From the NCBI GenBank assembly GCA_965216785.1, contig OZ244197.1, forward strand, positions 2,368,001 to 2,432,000: a stretch of DNA of 64,000 bases, read 5' to 3'. The stretch's first letter is position 1; each line of letters starts with the position of its first letter. This DNA is from Thermodesulfobacteriota bacterium (GTDB lineage: Bacteria > Desulfobacterota_D > UBA1144 > Nemesobacterales > UBA2774). The position numbers were made by a program, and so were the translations under genes. Positions 1 through 9,430 of the stretch are shown here, piece after piece. The notes beneath the pieces are model-generated. The model saw nothing but the letters and a program-made list of their open reading frames with translations. It did not search any database and had not been told where the DNA came from.

Positions 1-72
1 ATATTCAGCGTATTGAAGGGCAAAACCGGCATCCTCAGAATTGTCACAAGCCCAAAGTATTTTATCTATCAA
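1..72 (-). CDS. Universal stress protein, N-terminal part (runs off the window edge)
   Basis: Manual translation from TTG at 72 gives MIDKILWACDNSEDAGFALQYAEY, matching the N-termini of the two adjacent USPs (KIIWATDGS, KILLATDGS); AAGGAG RBS at 80-85. Not in the ORF track. Confidence 0.8.
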   Translation of the reverse strand, partial: MIDKILWACDNSEDAGFALQYAEY

Positions 73-92
73 CAGTAGTCTCCTTAAGTTAA

Positions 93-110
93 TTCCACCA
101 TTTGGTGGAA
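93..110. promoter_or_regulatory. Perfect palindrome TTCCACCA-N2-TGGTGGAA, candidate operator
   Basis: 8-2-8 inverted repeat just upstream of the RBS of the edge USP gene. Confidence 0.4.
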
Positions 111-226
111 ATATTCTAATCTATCAGATGAAATTATAAATACTTGGTTGCTCTGAATTGGCAAACTCGTGAATTTCATGCGTATATTAACCATCTGTGT
201 AAATTCTCAGAAGTAATAGTCCTGAT

Positions 227-1129
227 TTATTTTACTGCCAACACTGAGCAGGGCGATTCCTGTATGATCTTTTCAGTTTCACTTCCGTATATGAGTCTGC
301 TTACCCCTTTGCGACCGTGAGTTTTAACGACCGTCAAATCGATCTGGTTCTTTTCGGCAAATTCCCTGAGCACGTAACTGGGGCTGATGCCGTGAAGGAC
401 CTGGCTCTTAATCTCCACGCCCGGCTCTTTAGCTTCAGGCGTATCTTTTGAACCCGATTCGGCTGCCACTATACGGGCAAGCTCGGTCTTGGAGCGCTCA
501 ATAAGCTCGTCTACCAGACCGGGCGGTATCTCATAAGCCGTGCCGTCAAGCCAGAACACATAAACCGCGATAACTTCAGCGCCCACTTTATCCGCAAGGG
601 CAAGCGCTTCTGGGAGCGCTGAAACCGAGATGTCTGATATATCCACGGGAACCATTATCTTTTTTATATCCGTACTGTATGTATCGCCTTTACTCCTTAC
701 GGCCAATACGGGAGCATTTATTTGCCTCAATACCTTGACAGTGTTGCTGCCGATAAGCGTGCTGCTTAGAAACCCCTGTCCCTTCTTACCCATCACAATA
801 AGATCCGCCCCTTCTATGTCGGCGGTTTCTATTATCCCCTCCACGGTGCCGTCCCTGATTATCGTAGAGCTAAAGGGTATACCTTTTTCCTTGAACTTCT
901 CCGATACCTCGTCAAACCTTTGCTTAAAGCTATTCTCTGTTTTTTCAGCGATTTCTAAAATCGCGTCTTCGTATACCGGCAGAAGAGATGTCAGAGGGAA
1001 ATGAATCTCACTTACGTACAGAGCCGTTACTGAAGCCTTAAAAACATCTGCCAGGTATAGTGCAGAATCAAGCGCTTTGTCCGACTCTTCAGAGCCGTCT
1101 GTAGCCAGGAGTATCTTCTTTATATCCAT
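227..1129 (-). CDS. Universal stress protein (tandem USP domains)
   Basis: KKILLATDGS, DLIVMGKKG..IGSNT and a second domain KKIMVPVD..HGRKG..GSETEKII; start moved to ATG 1129 because the longer ORF overlaps the upstream gene. Confidence 0.92.
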   Translation of the reverse strand: MDIKKILLATDGSEESDKALDSALYLADVFKASVTALYVSEIHFPLTSLLPVYEDAILEIAEKTENSFKQRFDEVSEKFKEKGIPFSSTIIRDGTVEGIIETADIEGADLIVMGKKGQGFLSSTLIGSNTVKVLRQINAPVLAVRSKGDTYSTDIKKIMVPVDISDISVSALPEALALADKVGAEVIAVYVFWLDGTAYEIPPGLVDELIERSKTELARIVAAESGSKDTPEAKEPGVEIKSQVLHGISPSYVLREFAEKNQIDLTVVKTHGRKGVSRLIYGSETEKIIQESPCSVLAVK

Positions 1130-1134
1130 ATCTA

Positions 1135-1998
1135 TCAAGGGCTGAGCGTTATTACGGGACAAGGTGCTTCCTGAATCACCTTTTCTGTCGTGCTCCCTAT
1201 AAACTCTTCTCTTATTTTCGTTCCGCCGTACGTCATCACAACTATCAGGTCTATGTCGTTTTTCTCCGCGAACTCTATTATACCACGCCATCCGCTTCCT
1301 GAGGCTATGGAATGGAGCTCAGTGTTCTCAGGTATTTTTGTAGCCCCTATGGTTTCCACAAGGTCTCTAAGCGCAAAGCCCTTTAACTGCTCCTGGATTT
1401 CCAGCGGTACGCTAAGGTTCCCGAGCTCTACTACATTGAGCACGTGCAGCTCTCCCCCGAAATCCTCTGCCATCCCGAGCGCGTATTCGTAGTTACCGGA
1501 CAGCCCGTGCATAACGGCAATCGGAGCGAGAATCTTCTTGAACTCCCCCTTTGATTTCGTCTCTAAGGCCGTAAGCACCGGTAGTCGAGTGCCTCTTATT
1601 ACCTTCAGGGCAGTTCCGCCTAGTACGAACCTCTCCAAAATCCTGCCTCGCCCAAGAGATATCAAATCCGCGTTTTCTTTCTCCGCGTACTCTATAATCT
1701 CCTCATGGGGGATTCCCTTAACTACATCAAAACCGAACTTGATTCCCTTTCTCTCTAACTCTTTTGCCAGGCTTTGCATAGACTCCCGCTCCTTGTTCGC
1801 GAGAGTATTATCCATCCACTCAAGAAAACTGTCCTTTTCCTTTTGTGTGAAGTTATTGACGACTGAATAGTATATGGGCAGTACGGACAAACCCATCAAG
1901 GCCGCGTCATACTTTAACGACAGTTTCTCGGCAAGTGCGAGCGCCTCAAGGGAATCGTTTGAACCATCCGTTGCCCAGATTATTTTATTTAAAGTCAT
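1135..1998 (-). CDS. Universal stress protein (tandem USP domains)
   Basis: KIIWATDGS, G.PHEEII..AEKENADLI, IGSTTEKVIQEAPCPV. Confidence 0.93.
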   Translation of the reverse strand: MTLNKIIWATDGSNDSLEALALAEKLSLKYDAALMGLSVLPIYYSVVNNFTQKEKDSFLEWMDNTLANKERESMQSLAKELERKGIKFGFDVVKGIPHEEIIEYAEKENADLISLGRGRILERFVLGGTALKVIRGTRLPVLTALETKSKGEFKKILAPIAVMHGLSGNYEYALGMAEDFGGELHVLNVVELGNLSVPLEIQEQLKGFALRDLVETIGATKIPENTELHSIASGSGWRGIIEFAEKNDIDLIVVMTYGGTKIREEFIGSTTEKVIQEAPCPVITLSP

Positions 1999-2030
1999 AT
2001 GGCTGCCCTCCGTTAACTATTTTATTCCTG

Positions 2031-2117
2031 CCCCGGCATCGCTGTGAAGCGCTCGCCTCTGTCCCCATTCCCGCTTTATTAATAACCGGATCGTGCTTTG
2101 CACTCCCGGCTGCCCCA
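2031..2117 (-). repeat. Two hairpin repeat units (types A and B), shared with the clpB leader
   Basis: ccccggcatcgctgtgaagcgctcgcctct and gatcgtgctttgcactcc recur almost identically at 37497-37675. Confidence 0.85.
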
Positions 2118-2573
2118 TTAACTAACCTCTACCTTAATGTCTTTGGGCTTAGACTCCGCTGCCTTTGGCATATGAATCTCCAGAACGCCGTCTTTAAATG
2201 TGGCTTTAACCTTCTTCTCGTTTACCTTGGCTGGCAGATTGAGCACCCTCATAAAGCTCCCGAAAGACCTCTCGGAATAGTAGTAATCTTCCTCCTTGGT
2301 CTCTTCTTCCTTTTTCATCTCACCCTTAATCGTGAGCATGTTGTCTGAAATAGAAATATTCAGATTTTCCTTATCTACCCCGGGAACCTCGGCCTTAACA
2401 ACGATCTCGTTCTTGTTGTCGTACATATCTACAGCGGGAGATGACTCTCCGAACTGAGCAAACGCTCTTAGCGAGGGGAACCTTCTTGCCATACCGCCCG
2501 ATATTGTCTCATCGAACAGATCGTGAAAAAACCTTTCCATATTTTCTCTTGGTGTCCATCTTTTAAGTGCCAT
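2118..2573 (-). CDS. Hsp20/alpha-crystallin small heat shock protein
   Basis: PAVDMYD..AEVPGV..ERSFGSFMR.L.LP..ATFKDGVLEI; AAGGAGG RBS. Confidence 0.96.
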   Translation of the reverse strand: MALKRWTPRENMERFFHDLFDETISGGMARRFPSLRAFAQFGESSPAVDMYDNKNEIVVKAEVPGVDKENLNISISDNMLTIKGEMKKEEETKEEDYYYSERSFGSFMRVLNLPAKVNEKKVKATFKDGVLEIHMPKAAESKPKDIKVEVS

Positions 2574-2614
2574 AATACCTACCTCCTTAAAATTGGTTTT
2601 ATATTAATATTTAT

Positions 2615-2630
2615 TACAAGTAACGTGCCA
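2615..2630 (-). promoter_or_regulatory. Putative sigma-54 promoter of the hsp20-usp operon
   Basis: Minus strand TGGCACGTTACTTGTA versus consensus TGGCAC-N5-TTGCW (one mismatch), about 40 nt upstream of the start codon. Confidence 0.6.
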
Positions 2631-2815
2631 TATGCATAGCGTTCATATACACTGCTATAATAGATTCCTAATAGAATTATTACGCTCTACACATGTCGTG
2701 TGTCAGATAATAAGACAGTGCAGGATCGTAAAATTTATTCAATTTCAAAGAAAAGCCTTGAAAAGGATCTATTTTTATTCTATGAAATGTATGTAATGGG
2801 GGTTTCGAAAAGACT

Positions 2816-3844
2816 ATGAAAGCCATGCTGCTAAAGCGTGTATCGGATCTTAGATCTGAAAGTAACCCGCTTGATCTCTCAGACGTGCCCGTGCCCGAGC
2901 CGGGGGAAGGGGAGATACTTATTCGCGTAAAAGCTTCGGGCGTTTGCCACACTGAGCTCGACGAGATTGAAGGCAGGACCCCTCCGCCTCACTACCCGGT
3001 AATCCCCGGGCACCAGGTTGTGGGTACGGTTGAAGAGACGGGGCCAAACGCGGTTGCTCACGCTTTTGGAGACAGGGTTGGGGTAGCGTGGATTTATTCC
3101 TCGTGCGGTGTGTGCAGCTACTGCCGTGAGGGGAACAACAATCTATGCCCCGAGTTTATGGCCACAGGCCGAGACGCGGACGGTGGTTATGCGGAGTATC
3201 TGAAGGTACATGAAGAATACGCCTATAAGATTCCGGATACACTCGGCGACTCAGAGGCGGCCCCGCTCCTATGCGCTGGAGCTGTAGGGTACCGCGCTCT
3301 CAGGCTCACCGGTATTGCGGACGGGCAATCCCTTGGGCTTACGGGGTTTGGAGCGTCTGGTCATCTTGTGCTCAAGCTTGTAAAGAACATGTTCCCGGCA
3401 ACACCCGTATACGTGTTCGCGAGGAGCGGCACCGAGAGGGAGTTTGCAATTGAGCTTGGGGCAGATTGGGCAGGTGACGCCGAGGAATACTCACCCGAGA
3501 AGCTGGACGCAGTTATCGACACAACTCCTGTATGGAAGCCGGTAGTTGAAGCGCTCAAACAGATAAAGCCCGGCGGTAGAATGGTGATAAACGCGATAAG
3601 AAAAGAGGATGTAGATAAAGATTATCTCTTGAACCTAAGTTACCACGAGCATATGTGGATGGAAAAGGAGATTAAGTCCGTAGCGAACGTAAGCCCAAGA
3701 GACGTAAGAGAGTTCCTAAAGCTCGCGGGAGAAATACCCATAAGGTCCAAGGTGGAGGAATATGCACTTGAAGATGCAAATAGGGCGCTCACGGAGCTAA
3801 AAAAAGGTAATATAAAGGGTGCTAAGGTATTAAAACTGGTATAA
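2816..3844 (+). CDS. Zinc-dependent alcohol dehydrogenase (MDR family)
   Basis: GVCHTE, PGHQVVG, structural Zn site CGVCSYC..LC, GFGASG. Confidence 0.93.
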   Translation: MKAMLLKRVSDLRSESNPLDLSDVPVPEPGEGEILIRVKASGVCHTELDEIEGRTPPPHYPVIPGHQVVGTVEETGPNAVAHAFGDRVGVAWIYSSCGVCSYCREGNNNLCPEFMATGRDADGGYAEYLKVHEEYAYKIPDTLGDSEAAPLLCAGAVGYRALRLTGIADGQSLGLTGFGASGHLVLKLVKNMFPATPVYVFARSGTEREFAIELGADWAGDAEEYSPEKLDAVIDTTPVWKPVVEALKQIKPGGRMVINAIRKEDVDKDYLLNLSYHEHMWMEKEIKSVANVSPRDVREFLKLAGEIPIRSKVEEYALEDANRALTELKKGNIKGAKVLKLV

Positions 3845-3879
3845 TATCGTGCATTAAGGGTTCCGAAGGGGCTATTTAC

Positions 3880-5430
3880 TTGGAAAAAACAGAATATTAC
3901 GAGCTTGGGGATGTAATTGAGAAAAAAGACCTGAGCTCGCGTATATCTAACGAATTTACAGCTATTTTTGAGAAAAGCGTCAAACAAAAAAAGCGCTATT
4001 TAGACACTTTTGACTTCAGATTGTGCGGCGACGGTGTTTATCTGCTGTGCGATAGCAACTCTTTTATCCTCCACAACTCTCATTTCAATAAACCTATAGC
4101 TGAGCTACCCTCGGAAGGGAAAAAGGACCCTCACTTCTGGTGGGAGCTTCCGAGCTGCTCGTTAAAAAACGAATTAAAAAAGCGTATAGACGTCAGGGCG
4201 CTTTTGCCGATTATAGAGGTCGAGAAAACATCAACCCCCGTACGCATACTTAACGAGGATGAAAAGACCGTTATAATCCTGACGATAGAGGAAATAAAAG
4301 CGGGTGGCGATAGCGGCGGCAAAATTACTCACATATGCCTTAAACCCCTAAGGGGATACGGGAAAGAGCTTTCAGAGTTTAAAAGCTATCTTACTGGGCT
4401 CAGACTCAAGGAGTCAGAGGGCGATTACCTAAAGACACTGCTGATATCAATCGGTAAAAACCCAAAAGACTTTTCTTCAAAGCTGAAAATAAGCCTTACG
4501 CCCGAGCTCTCATCCCTGGAAGCTCTAAAGATTATAATGACTACGCTTCTGCGCACGATTAAGTTAAACGAGGAAGGTATCTTAAAGGATATAGATATAG
4601 AGTTCCTCCATGATTTCAGGGTGGCCGTCAGAAGGACGCGCTCTGCGCTCTCTCAAATAAAAGGCGTATTCCCCGAGCAGGATACAGAGCATTTTAAAGA
4701 AAGGTTCTCAAGACTCGGCAAGGCGACAAACCTTCTCCGAGACCTAGATATATATCTTCTAGACAAAGACCGCTACAGGGCCATGCTTCCGGAAGAGCTG
4801 AGTCCGGGGCTGGAGCAAATGTTCTCGATATTTGTAGAGCAGAGAAAAAAGGCCCACAGAGATATTGTTAAGTTTATTAAATCCAAAGAGTATAAAGATG
4901 TCATAGAGTCCTGGGACAAATTCCTAAGCGAAACAGGGGACGTTTCCTCGACCCCCAATTCCGCAGTTCCGGTCACCGAGCTTGCGGGCCGTATAATAAA
5001 AAAGAAGTACAAGAGGATAGTAAGAGACGGCTCACGCATAACCGATGCGACCCCAGACTCTGAGCTTCATAAACTCAGGATAGAATGTAAAAAGCTTAGG
5101 TACATGATCGAGTTCTTCTCTTCCCTTTATCCGGCAGAGGAAATCAAGTCACTGGTAAAACATCTGAAAATCCTCCAGGACAACCTGGGAGAGTTTAACG
5201 ATCTTTCGGTCCAGCGCGAAAGCCTAAAGGCGTTTGTCGACAAGCTTGACCCTTCGGACGAAAAACACAGGGAATCCATAGTCTCTTCAGGAGGGCTGAT
5301 CTCCGTTCTTTATGAGCGGCAAAGGGAGGTTCGCTCCGAGTTCACGGAAAAATTTAACGAGTTTCAGGACAAAGAGACAAAATCCATATTCAAAAAACTA
5401 TTTCATGTTAAGCCGGAGCGGGCGTCTTGA
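3880..5430 (+). CDS. CHAD domain protein with a CYTH-like N-terminal region
   Basis: LHDFRVAVRRTRSAL, LHKLRIECKKLRY, LQDNLGEFND; N-terminal YLDTFDFRL. Confidence 0.9.
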   Translation: MEKTEYYELGDVIEKKDLSSRISNEFTAIFEKSVKQKKRYLDTFDFRLCGDGVYLLCDSNSFILHNSHFNKPIAELPSEGKKDPHFWWELPSCSLKNELKKRIDVRALLPIIEVEKTSTPVRILNEDEKTVIILTIEEIKAGGDSGGKITHICLKPLRGYGKELSEFKSYLTGLRLKESEGDYLKTLLISIGKNPKDFSSKLKISLTPELSSLEALKIIMTTLLRTIKLNEEGILKDIDIEFLHDFRVAVRRTRSALSQIKGVFPEQDTEHFKERFSRLGKATNLLRDLDIYLLDKDRYRAMLPEELSPGLEQMFSIFVEQRKKAHRDIVKFIKSKEYKDVIESWDKFLSETGDVSSTPNSAVPVTELAGRIIKKKYKRIVRDGSRITDATPDSELHKLRIECKKLRYMIEFFSSLYPAEEIKSLVKHLKILQDNLGEFNDLSVQRESLKAFVDKLDPSDEKHRESIVSSGGLISVLYERQREVRSEFTEKFNEFQDKETKSIFKKLFHVKPERAS

Positions 5431-6170
5431 AAACCCTGGCCATGTACAGCATGAAAGGAGGGGTGGGTAAAACGGCAGCCGCCGTAAACCTCTCTTACAT
5501 CGCGGCGCAGGAAGGAGCCCGTACTCTCCTTTGCGACCTCGACCCTCAAGGCGCGTCATCCTATTACTTCCGCATTCGGGCGTCCCGTAACTTCAACTCT
5601 TCTAAATTCATCAAAGGCGGAAGGAATATAGATAGGAACATAAAGGGCACAGACTACCCGAACCTCGACCTCCTTCCATCAAAGCTCTCTTATAGAAATC
5701 TAGACATCGCGCTTGATTCCCTGAAGAATTCCAAAAGCCGCCTACGCAAGATATTCAAACTCATAAAGCACGAGTACGACTATCTGTTCCTTGACTGTCC
5801 TCCCGGCATCTCGCTCGTTTCGGAGAACGTGTTCGAGGCCTCAAGCCTTATTGTGGTACCGCTCATCCCCACCACTCTGTCCGTACTTACCTACGAGAAG
5901 CTGCGGAAATTTCTCAAGAATAACGACATAGACCGCGGTAAGCTCTTTACGTTTTTCTCTATGGTCGAAAAGCGAAAGAGCCTCCATCAGGAGATGATAG
6001 AAAAAATAAGACAGGAAGAAAAGAACATCCTAATCAGCCAAATACCATACCGCTCCGAGATCGAGAGGATGGGGATCGACAGAGCGCCTGTCGCGGCCAC
6101 TCACCCAAACTCCGCCTCTACGGAGGCTTACACTGATCTCTGGGAAGAGATAAAGAATCATATACCTTAA
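5427..6170 (+). CDS. ParA/Soj-family ATPase (orphan, no ParB)
   Basis: Deviant Walker A KGGVGKT, DLDPQG, Walker B LDCPP; 4-nt overlap with the CHAD gene. Confidence 0.92.
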   Translation: MKTLAMYSMKGGVGKTAAAVNLSYIAAQEGARTLLCDLDPQGASSYYFRIRASRNFNSSKFIKGGRNIDRNIKGTDYPNLDLLPSKLSYRNLDIALDSLKNSKSRLRKIFKLIKHEYDYLFLDCPPGISLVSENVFEASSLIVVPLIPTTLSVLTYEKLRKFLKNNDIDRGKLFTFFSMVEKRKSLHQEMIEKIRQEEKNILISQIPYRSEIERMGIDRAPVAATHPNSASTEAYTDLWEEIKNHIP

Positions 6171-6182
6171 ACACATCTCCAA

Positions 6183-6644
6183 ATGAATATTGAGATCGAA
6201 AGAAAATACCTAGTCAAGCACCCCCCGGGCCTTGAGAACTTTTCATCAGAGGAGATATTGCAGGGCTATTTACTCATTACCGATGAAAAAGAGATACGCA
6301 TACGGAAAAAGGGTAATAAATATTATCAAGCCGTAAAAGTGGGCCAGGGCCTTAAGCGTCAGGAGATTGAAAGAGAGATCGGGATGTTCCAGTTCGAGGA
6401 GCATTGGCCCGAGACAGAGGGCAGGCGCATCGAGAAAAGGCGCTATATGATTTACTACGACGCCGTGTTGATTGAGCTAGACGTTTACTCAGGTGAATTA
6501 ACCGGACTCATCACTGCCGAGGTCGAATTTAAGAGCGAAGAAGACAGCATGCTATTCGAGCCGCCCCCGTGGTTCGGCCCCGAAGTCACGCACGACGACC
6601 GCTACAAGAATAAAAACCTGGCCGTGTTCGGAATGCCTGGTTGA
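6183..6644 (+). CDS. CYTH domain protein (triphosphate tunnel metalloenzyme)
   Basis: EIERKYL (ExExK), QGYL, IRIRK, IEKRRY, AEVEF, PPWFGPEVT..RYKNKNLA. Confidence 0.93.
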   Translation: MNIEIERKYLVKHPPGLENFSSEEILQGYLLITDEKEIRIRKKGNKYYQAVKVGQGLKRQEIEREIGMFQFEEHWPETEGRRIEKRRYMIYYDAVLIELDVYSGELTGLITAEVEFKSEEDSMLFEPPPWFGPEVTHDDRYKNKNLAVFGMPG

Positions 6645-6667
6645 GTTGGTTATAGAGTGTTTGTATT

Positions 6668-6700
6668 GTCATTCTGAACTTGATTCAGAATCTCATCTTT
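6668..6700. repeat. GTCATTC...GAATCTCATCTTT palindromic intergenic repeat (REP-like)
   Basis: gtcattctgaacttgattcagaatctcatcttt; related copies at 12770, 24860, 24955, 31541, 45148 and 63915. Confidence 0.75.
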
Positions 6701-6727
6701 ATTCTTAACAATAAACTAAAACCTTTA

Positions 6728-8038
6728 CTATCCCTTCTCATAAGGATCATCCATCTCGGGGTGCCATAGCTTAAAGTGGTCCTTATGCATTTCTGTGTAA
6801 GCGCCCTCTTCGTAATACTTATCATAAAAATCAAGATCAAGATGGTGCGCCTGAAACACAAGTCTCGTGAACATCGGGTCCAGGAATGCCGGGAAGCGTC
6901 CGTAGTTTTCATATACATAGGTGCAAAAATCCTTTACAATCTCGATCCTCACCTCGCTCGGGTGGTACTCGTCCGCCAGTACTCCTTCTGGCTCTTTGTA
7001 AGGGTAGGGGTTGTCCTCCTCCCAAAAGCGCCCACGTTCACGAAGGAATTTATCAACCGCTTCTCTCATGTCAGACACGTATGGCGGGCAAAGGGCTTCG
7101 AAAACACCGTCTCTTCCCACAGGTACAGGTGGCTTAGAGCTCCTAATGGTCTTCTCAGGGTTAGTGAACGTAAACCCGAGCCCTTTATACTCTGGGTTCA
7201 CACCGAGCGCGTAGTGAGGCAGAAGCCCCGTAAACGCCCATCCTCCCAGGCCCAGAGTCTGGAGAGCGAGGTTCATGTTCTGGCATATAAACGCCTGCTC
7301 TACGTTAAGGGTTGTCAGCACCCTAAGCTCTAGATCAAATAGCGAAAGCTCCACCTCTTTTCTGATGTATCCCTTCTCGATCCACTTGTCCAGCCCGCAA
7401 GAGCGCCCTCCGTTAAGCTCATCAACTATGTTAAACCCGTACTTTGAGCCGAAATAAATAAACAGCAGCACCATATACTCAACCGTAGTGTTCGTAACGG
7501 GGACAAAAAAAGTAGTCCCGGGCTTATTGCAATTCCAGGCGTTAAAATCAAAGAGTCCCGGCTCGCCTTTCGGAAGATCGGCCCTCCCGTTCTCTAGCTT
7601 GAGCAGGTTCATACGGAATAGCTCAAGTACTCTGTTCAGAACTTCCTGCTCTGATTTGCCGGCGAATATAGATGTCTCTCCCGCCTGGGGCATCAGGTCG
7701 TGGAGCTTTACCATATACACCCCGTTGTCGTTCGTATAGAAAAGCTCTGTCGAGTGTGAGTTGCAAGAGCACGGCCAGCTTCTGCCTGTCCACTGAAATA
7801 GCCAGGATATCCCGGTCCTTGGCAGATCGCCCAGCGAAAGCCCGGTCATCCCGGTGCCAGCCCAAATGAGATACGCCTCCTCAAGCTCTGTAAGCGGTAC
7901 GGGTTCGTGCTCGGACTTATGCTTGAGTGTTCCCTCGGCTATCTCCATCCCGAGCCCGAAACGCCGGGAGCGCCTCGTGAATATAGCGTCCATAAAACTG
8001 TAGTTAAGCGCTTTCTCTAGACCTTCTGGGATTTTCAA
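6728..8038 (-). CDS. Uncharacterised protein, probable nitroreductase-like fold
   Basis: N-terminal AIFTRRSRRF and late QNMNLALQTLGLGG motifs typical of the nitroreductase superfamily; GGAGG RBS. Confidence 0.6.
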   Translation of the reverse strand: MKIPEGLEKALNYSFMDAIFTRRSRRFGLGMEIAEGTLKHKSEHEPVPLTELEEAYLIWAGTGMTGLSLGDLPRTGISWLFQWTGRSWPCSCNSHSTELFYTNDNGVYMVKLHDLMPQAGETSIFAGKSEQEVLNRVLELFRMNLLKLENGRADLPKGEPGLFDFNAWNCNKPGTTFFVPVTNTTVEYMVLLFIYFGSKYGFNIVDELNGGRSCGLDKWIEKGYIRKEVELSLFDLELRVLTTLNVEQAFICQNMNLALQTLGLGGWAFTGLLPHYALGVNPEYKGLGFTFTNPEKTIRSSKPPVPVGRDGVFEALCPPYVSDMREAVDKFLRERGRFWEEDNPYPYKEPEGVLADEYHPSEVRIEIVKDFCTYVYENYGRFPAFLDPMFTRLVFQAHHLDLDFYDKYYEEGAYTEMHKDHFKLWHPEMDDPYEKG

Positions 8039-8169
8039 AAGAGACCTCCGGCAGACGAAATTTCGACAGTTCGGTTATTTGCGCCCGAACTATTATATAG
8101 AATTACACAAATAAAGTTATATTGGAAGTTTCTTTGCTTTGGAGTAATTAGTAAGAAGTAATAAGGCCG

Positions 8170-8628
8170 TTAGTCACGGCAGTCGCTGCATACGCCGTTT
8201 AGGAGGAGCGAGTAGCCTTCGATCTTGTAGTCCCCGAGCGTCTTGTCAGGTACGTCAAGCTCACTTAGCGACTCGTCATACACGTCTTCTACTTTCTTGC
8301 AGCTGGTACATACTATGTGGTGGTGAGGGGTAAGGTTCGCGTCGTAACGGGCAGCGTTATACAGCACGTTAACGACGGATATCAGCCCGAGCTTCTCAAA
8401 AGTCTCAAGAGTCCTATAAACAGTGGTGAGCGATATATTGGGGTAGTAGTCCCTTATCTTATTATATATCGTCTCTGTGCTCGGGTGCTGATCTGTGCTC
8501 GCAAGCTCTTTGTATATGGCAATCCTTTGCGGGGTGACCTTAATCCCAAGCTCCTTACTTCTGCTTATAAACTCGTTTACTCTTTCTTCAATAAACTCAG
8601 CGCTGCTTTCTATCATCACTTGTTCCAT
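8170..8628 (-). CDS. Fur-family regulator, PerR-like
   Basis: KVTPQR, HPSTETIY, SLTTVYRTL, RYDAN..HHHIVC..C, C-terminal CxxC; start placed at ATG 8628 (uncertain). Confidence 0.88.
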   Translation of the reverse strand: MEQVMIESSAEFIEERVNEFISRSKELGIKVTPQRIAIYKELASTDQHPSTETIYNKIRDYYPNISLTTVYRTLETFEKLGLISVVNVLYNAARYDANLTPHHHIVCTSCKKVEDVYDESLSELDVPDKTLGDYKIEGYSLLLNGVCSDCRD

Positions 8629-8754
8629 GTTTATATTTTGTCTAATTAATTCTACACGAAGGCTTCTCAAATATCCAGACAGTATTTATTTGAGCTGCAG
8701 AATGGACTTTATTTTCCCTTGTGGATAGTGCCGATAATCTGTAAGTTATTGTAA

Positions 8755-9390
8755 GTGAGCGCGATAGAAGAAATCAAGAGGCAAAAGGTAATAGCCGTCG
8801 TAAGGGCTGAGAGCGCGGACAAGGCGCTTGAGTTTGCACAGGGGTGCATCGATGGCGGCGTTGGGCTTATAGAGGTCACATTCTCTTTCCCCGGGGCACA
8901 AAGCGTTATATCTGAGCTGGCCGGCATATCCGGGATCACTGTGGGCGCCGGTACCGTGCTCGGAGCCCCAATGGCGGAGAAGGCGGTAGAGGCGGGCGCG
9001 GATTTTCTGGTATCTCCTCATACAGATAAAGAGATCATTACCTACGCGAAACAAAAAGGTGTCCCGACCATACAGGGGGCGCTCACGTCCTCAGAGATCG
9101 TAAACGCATGGAAACTGGGGGTCGATATGGTAAAGGTGTTCCCCGTCAGTTCTGTTGGGGGCGCCTCTTATATAAAAGCGATTAAAGAGCCTTTGCCGTT
9201 TGTGGATATTATGACAACAGGCGGGGTGAATTATGAGAATTTCACAGACTTTTTAAGTGCGGGCGCTTCTGCCGTAGGTCTTGTAAGCGCGCTTTTGGGA
9301 AAGGGCGGAAAGATAGACAGAAGCGTAATATCCGAGAACACAAAGAAAGTGATAGAGAAACTTTCCCAGGATTTGCAGTCTCAAAGTTAA
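8755..9390 (+). CDS. eda: KDPG/KHG aldolase
   Basis: IAVVR, IEVT, VGAGTV, FLVSP, VKVFP, TGGVN. Confidence 0.9.
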   Translation: MSAIEEIKRQKVIAVVRAESADKALEFAQGCIDGGVGLIEVTFSFPGAQSVISELAGISGITVGAGTVLGAPMAEKAVEAGADFLVSPHTDKEIITYAKQKGVPTIQGALTSSEIVNAWKLGVDMVKVFPVSSVGGASYIKAIKEPLPFVDIMTTGGVNYENFTDFLSAGASAVGLVSALLGKGGKIDRSVISENTKKVIEKLSQDLQSQS

Positions 9391-9430
9391 TAGTTGTAAA
9401 CTTTGAGTATCAGAAATAAATAGCGAAAAA

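Noticed and set aside
1130-1291. 54-aa N-terminal extension of the USP ORF 227-1291
   Set aside because: Overlaps the upstream USP gene in another frame; USP similarity starts at ATG 1129.
2574-2815. CIRCE (HrcA) operator at hsp20 or clpB
   Set aside because: No TTAGCACTC-N9-GAGTGCTAA match seen upstream of either gene.
5427-6170. Chromosomal parAB/oriC locus
   Set aside because: No parB, dnaA, gidA/B or parS-like palindrome nearby; the context is CHAD/CYTH.
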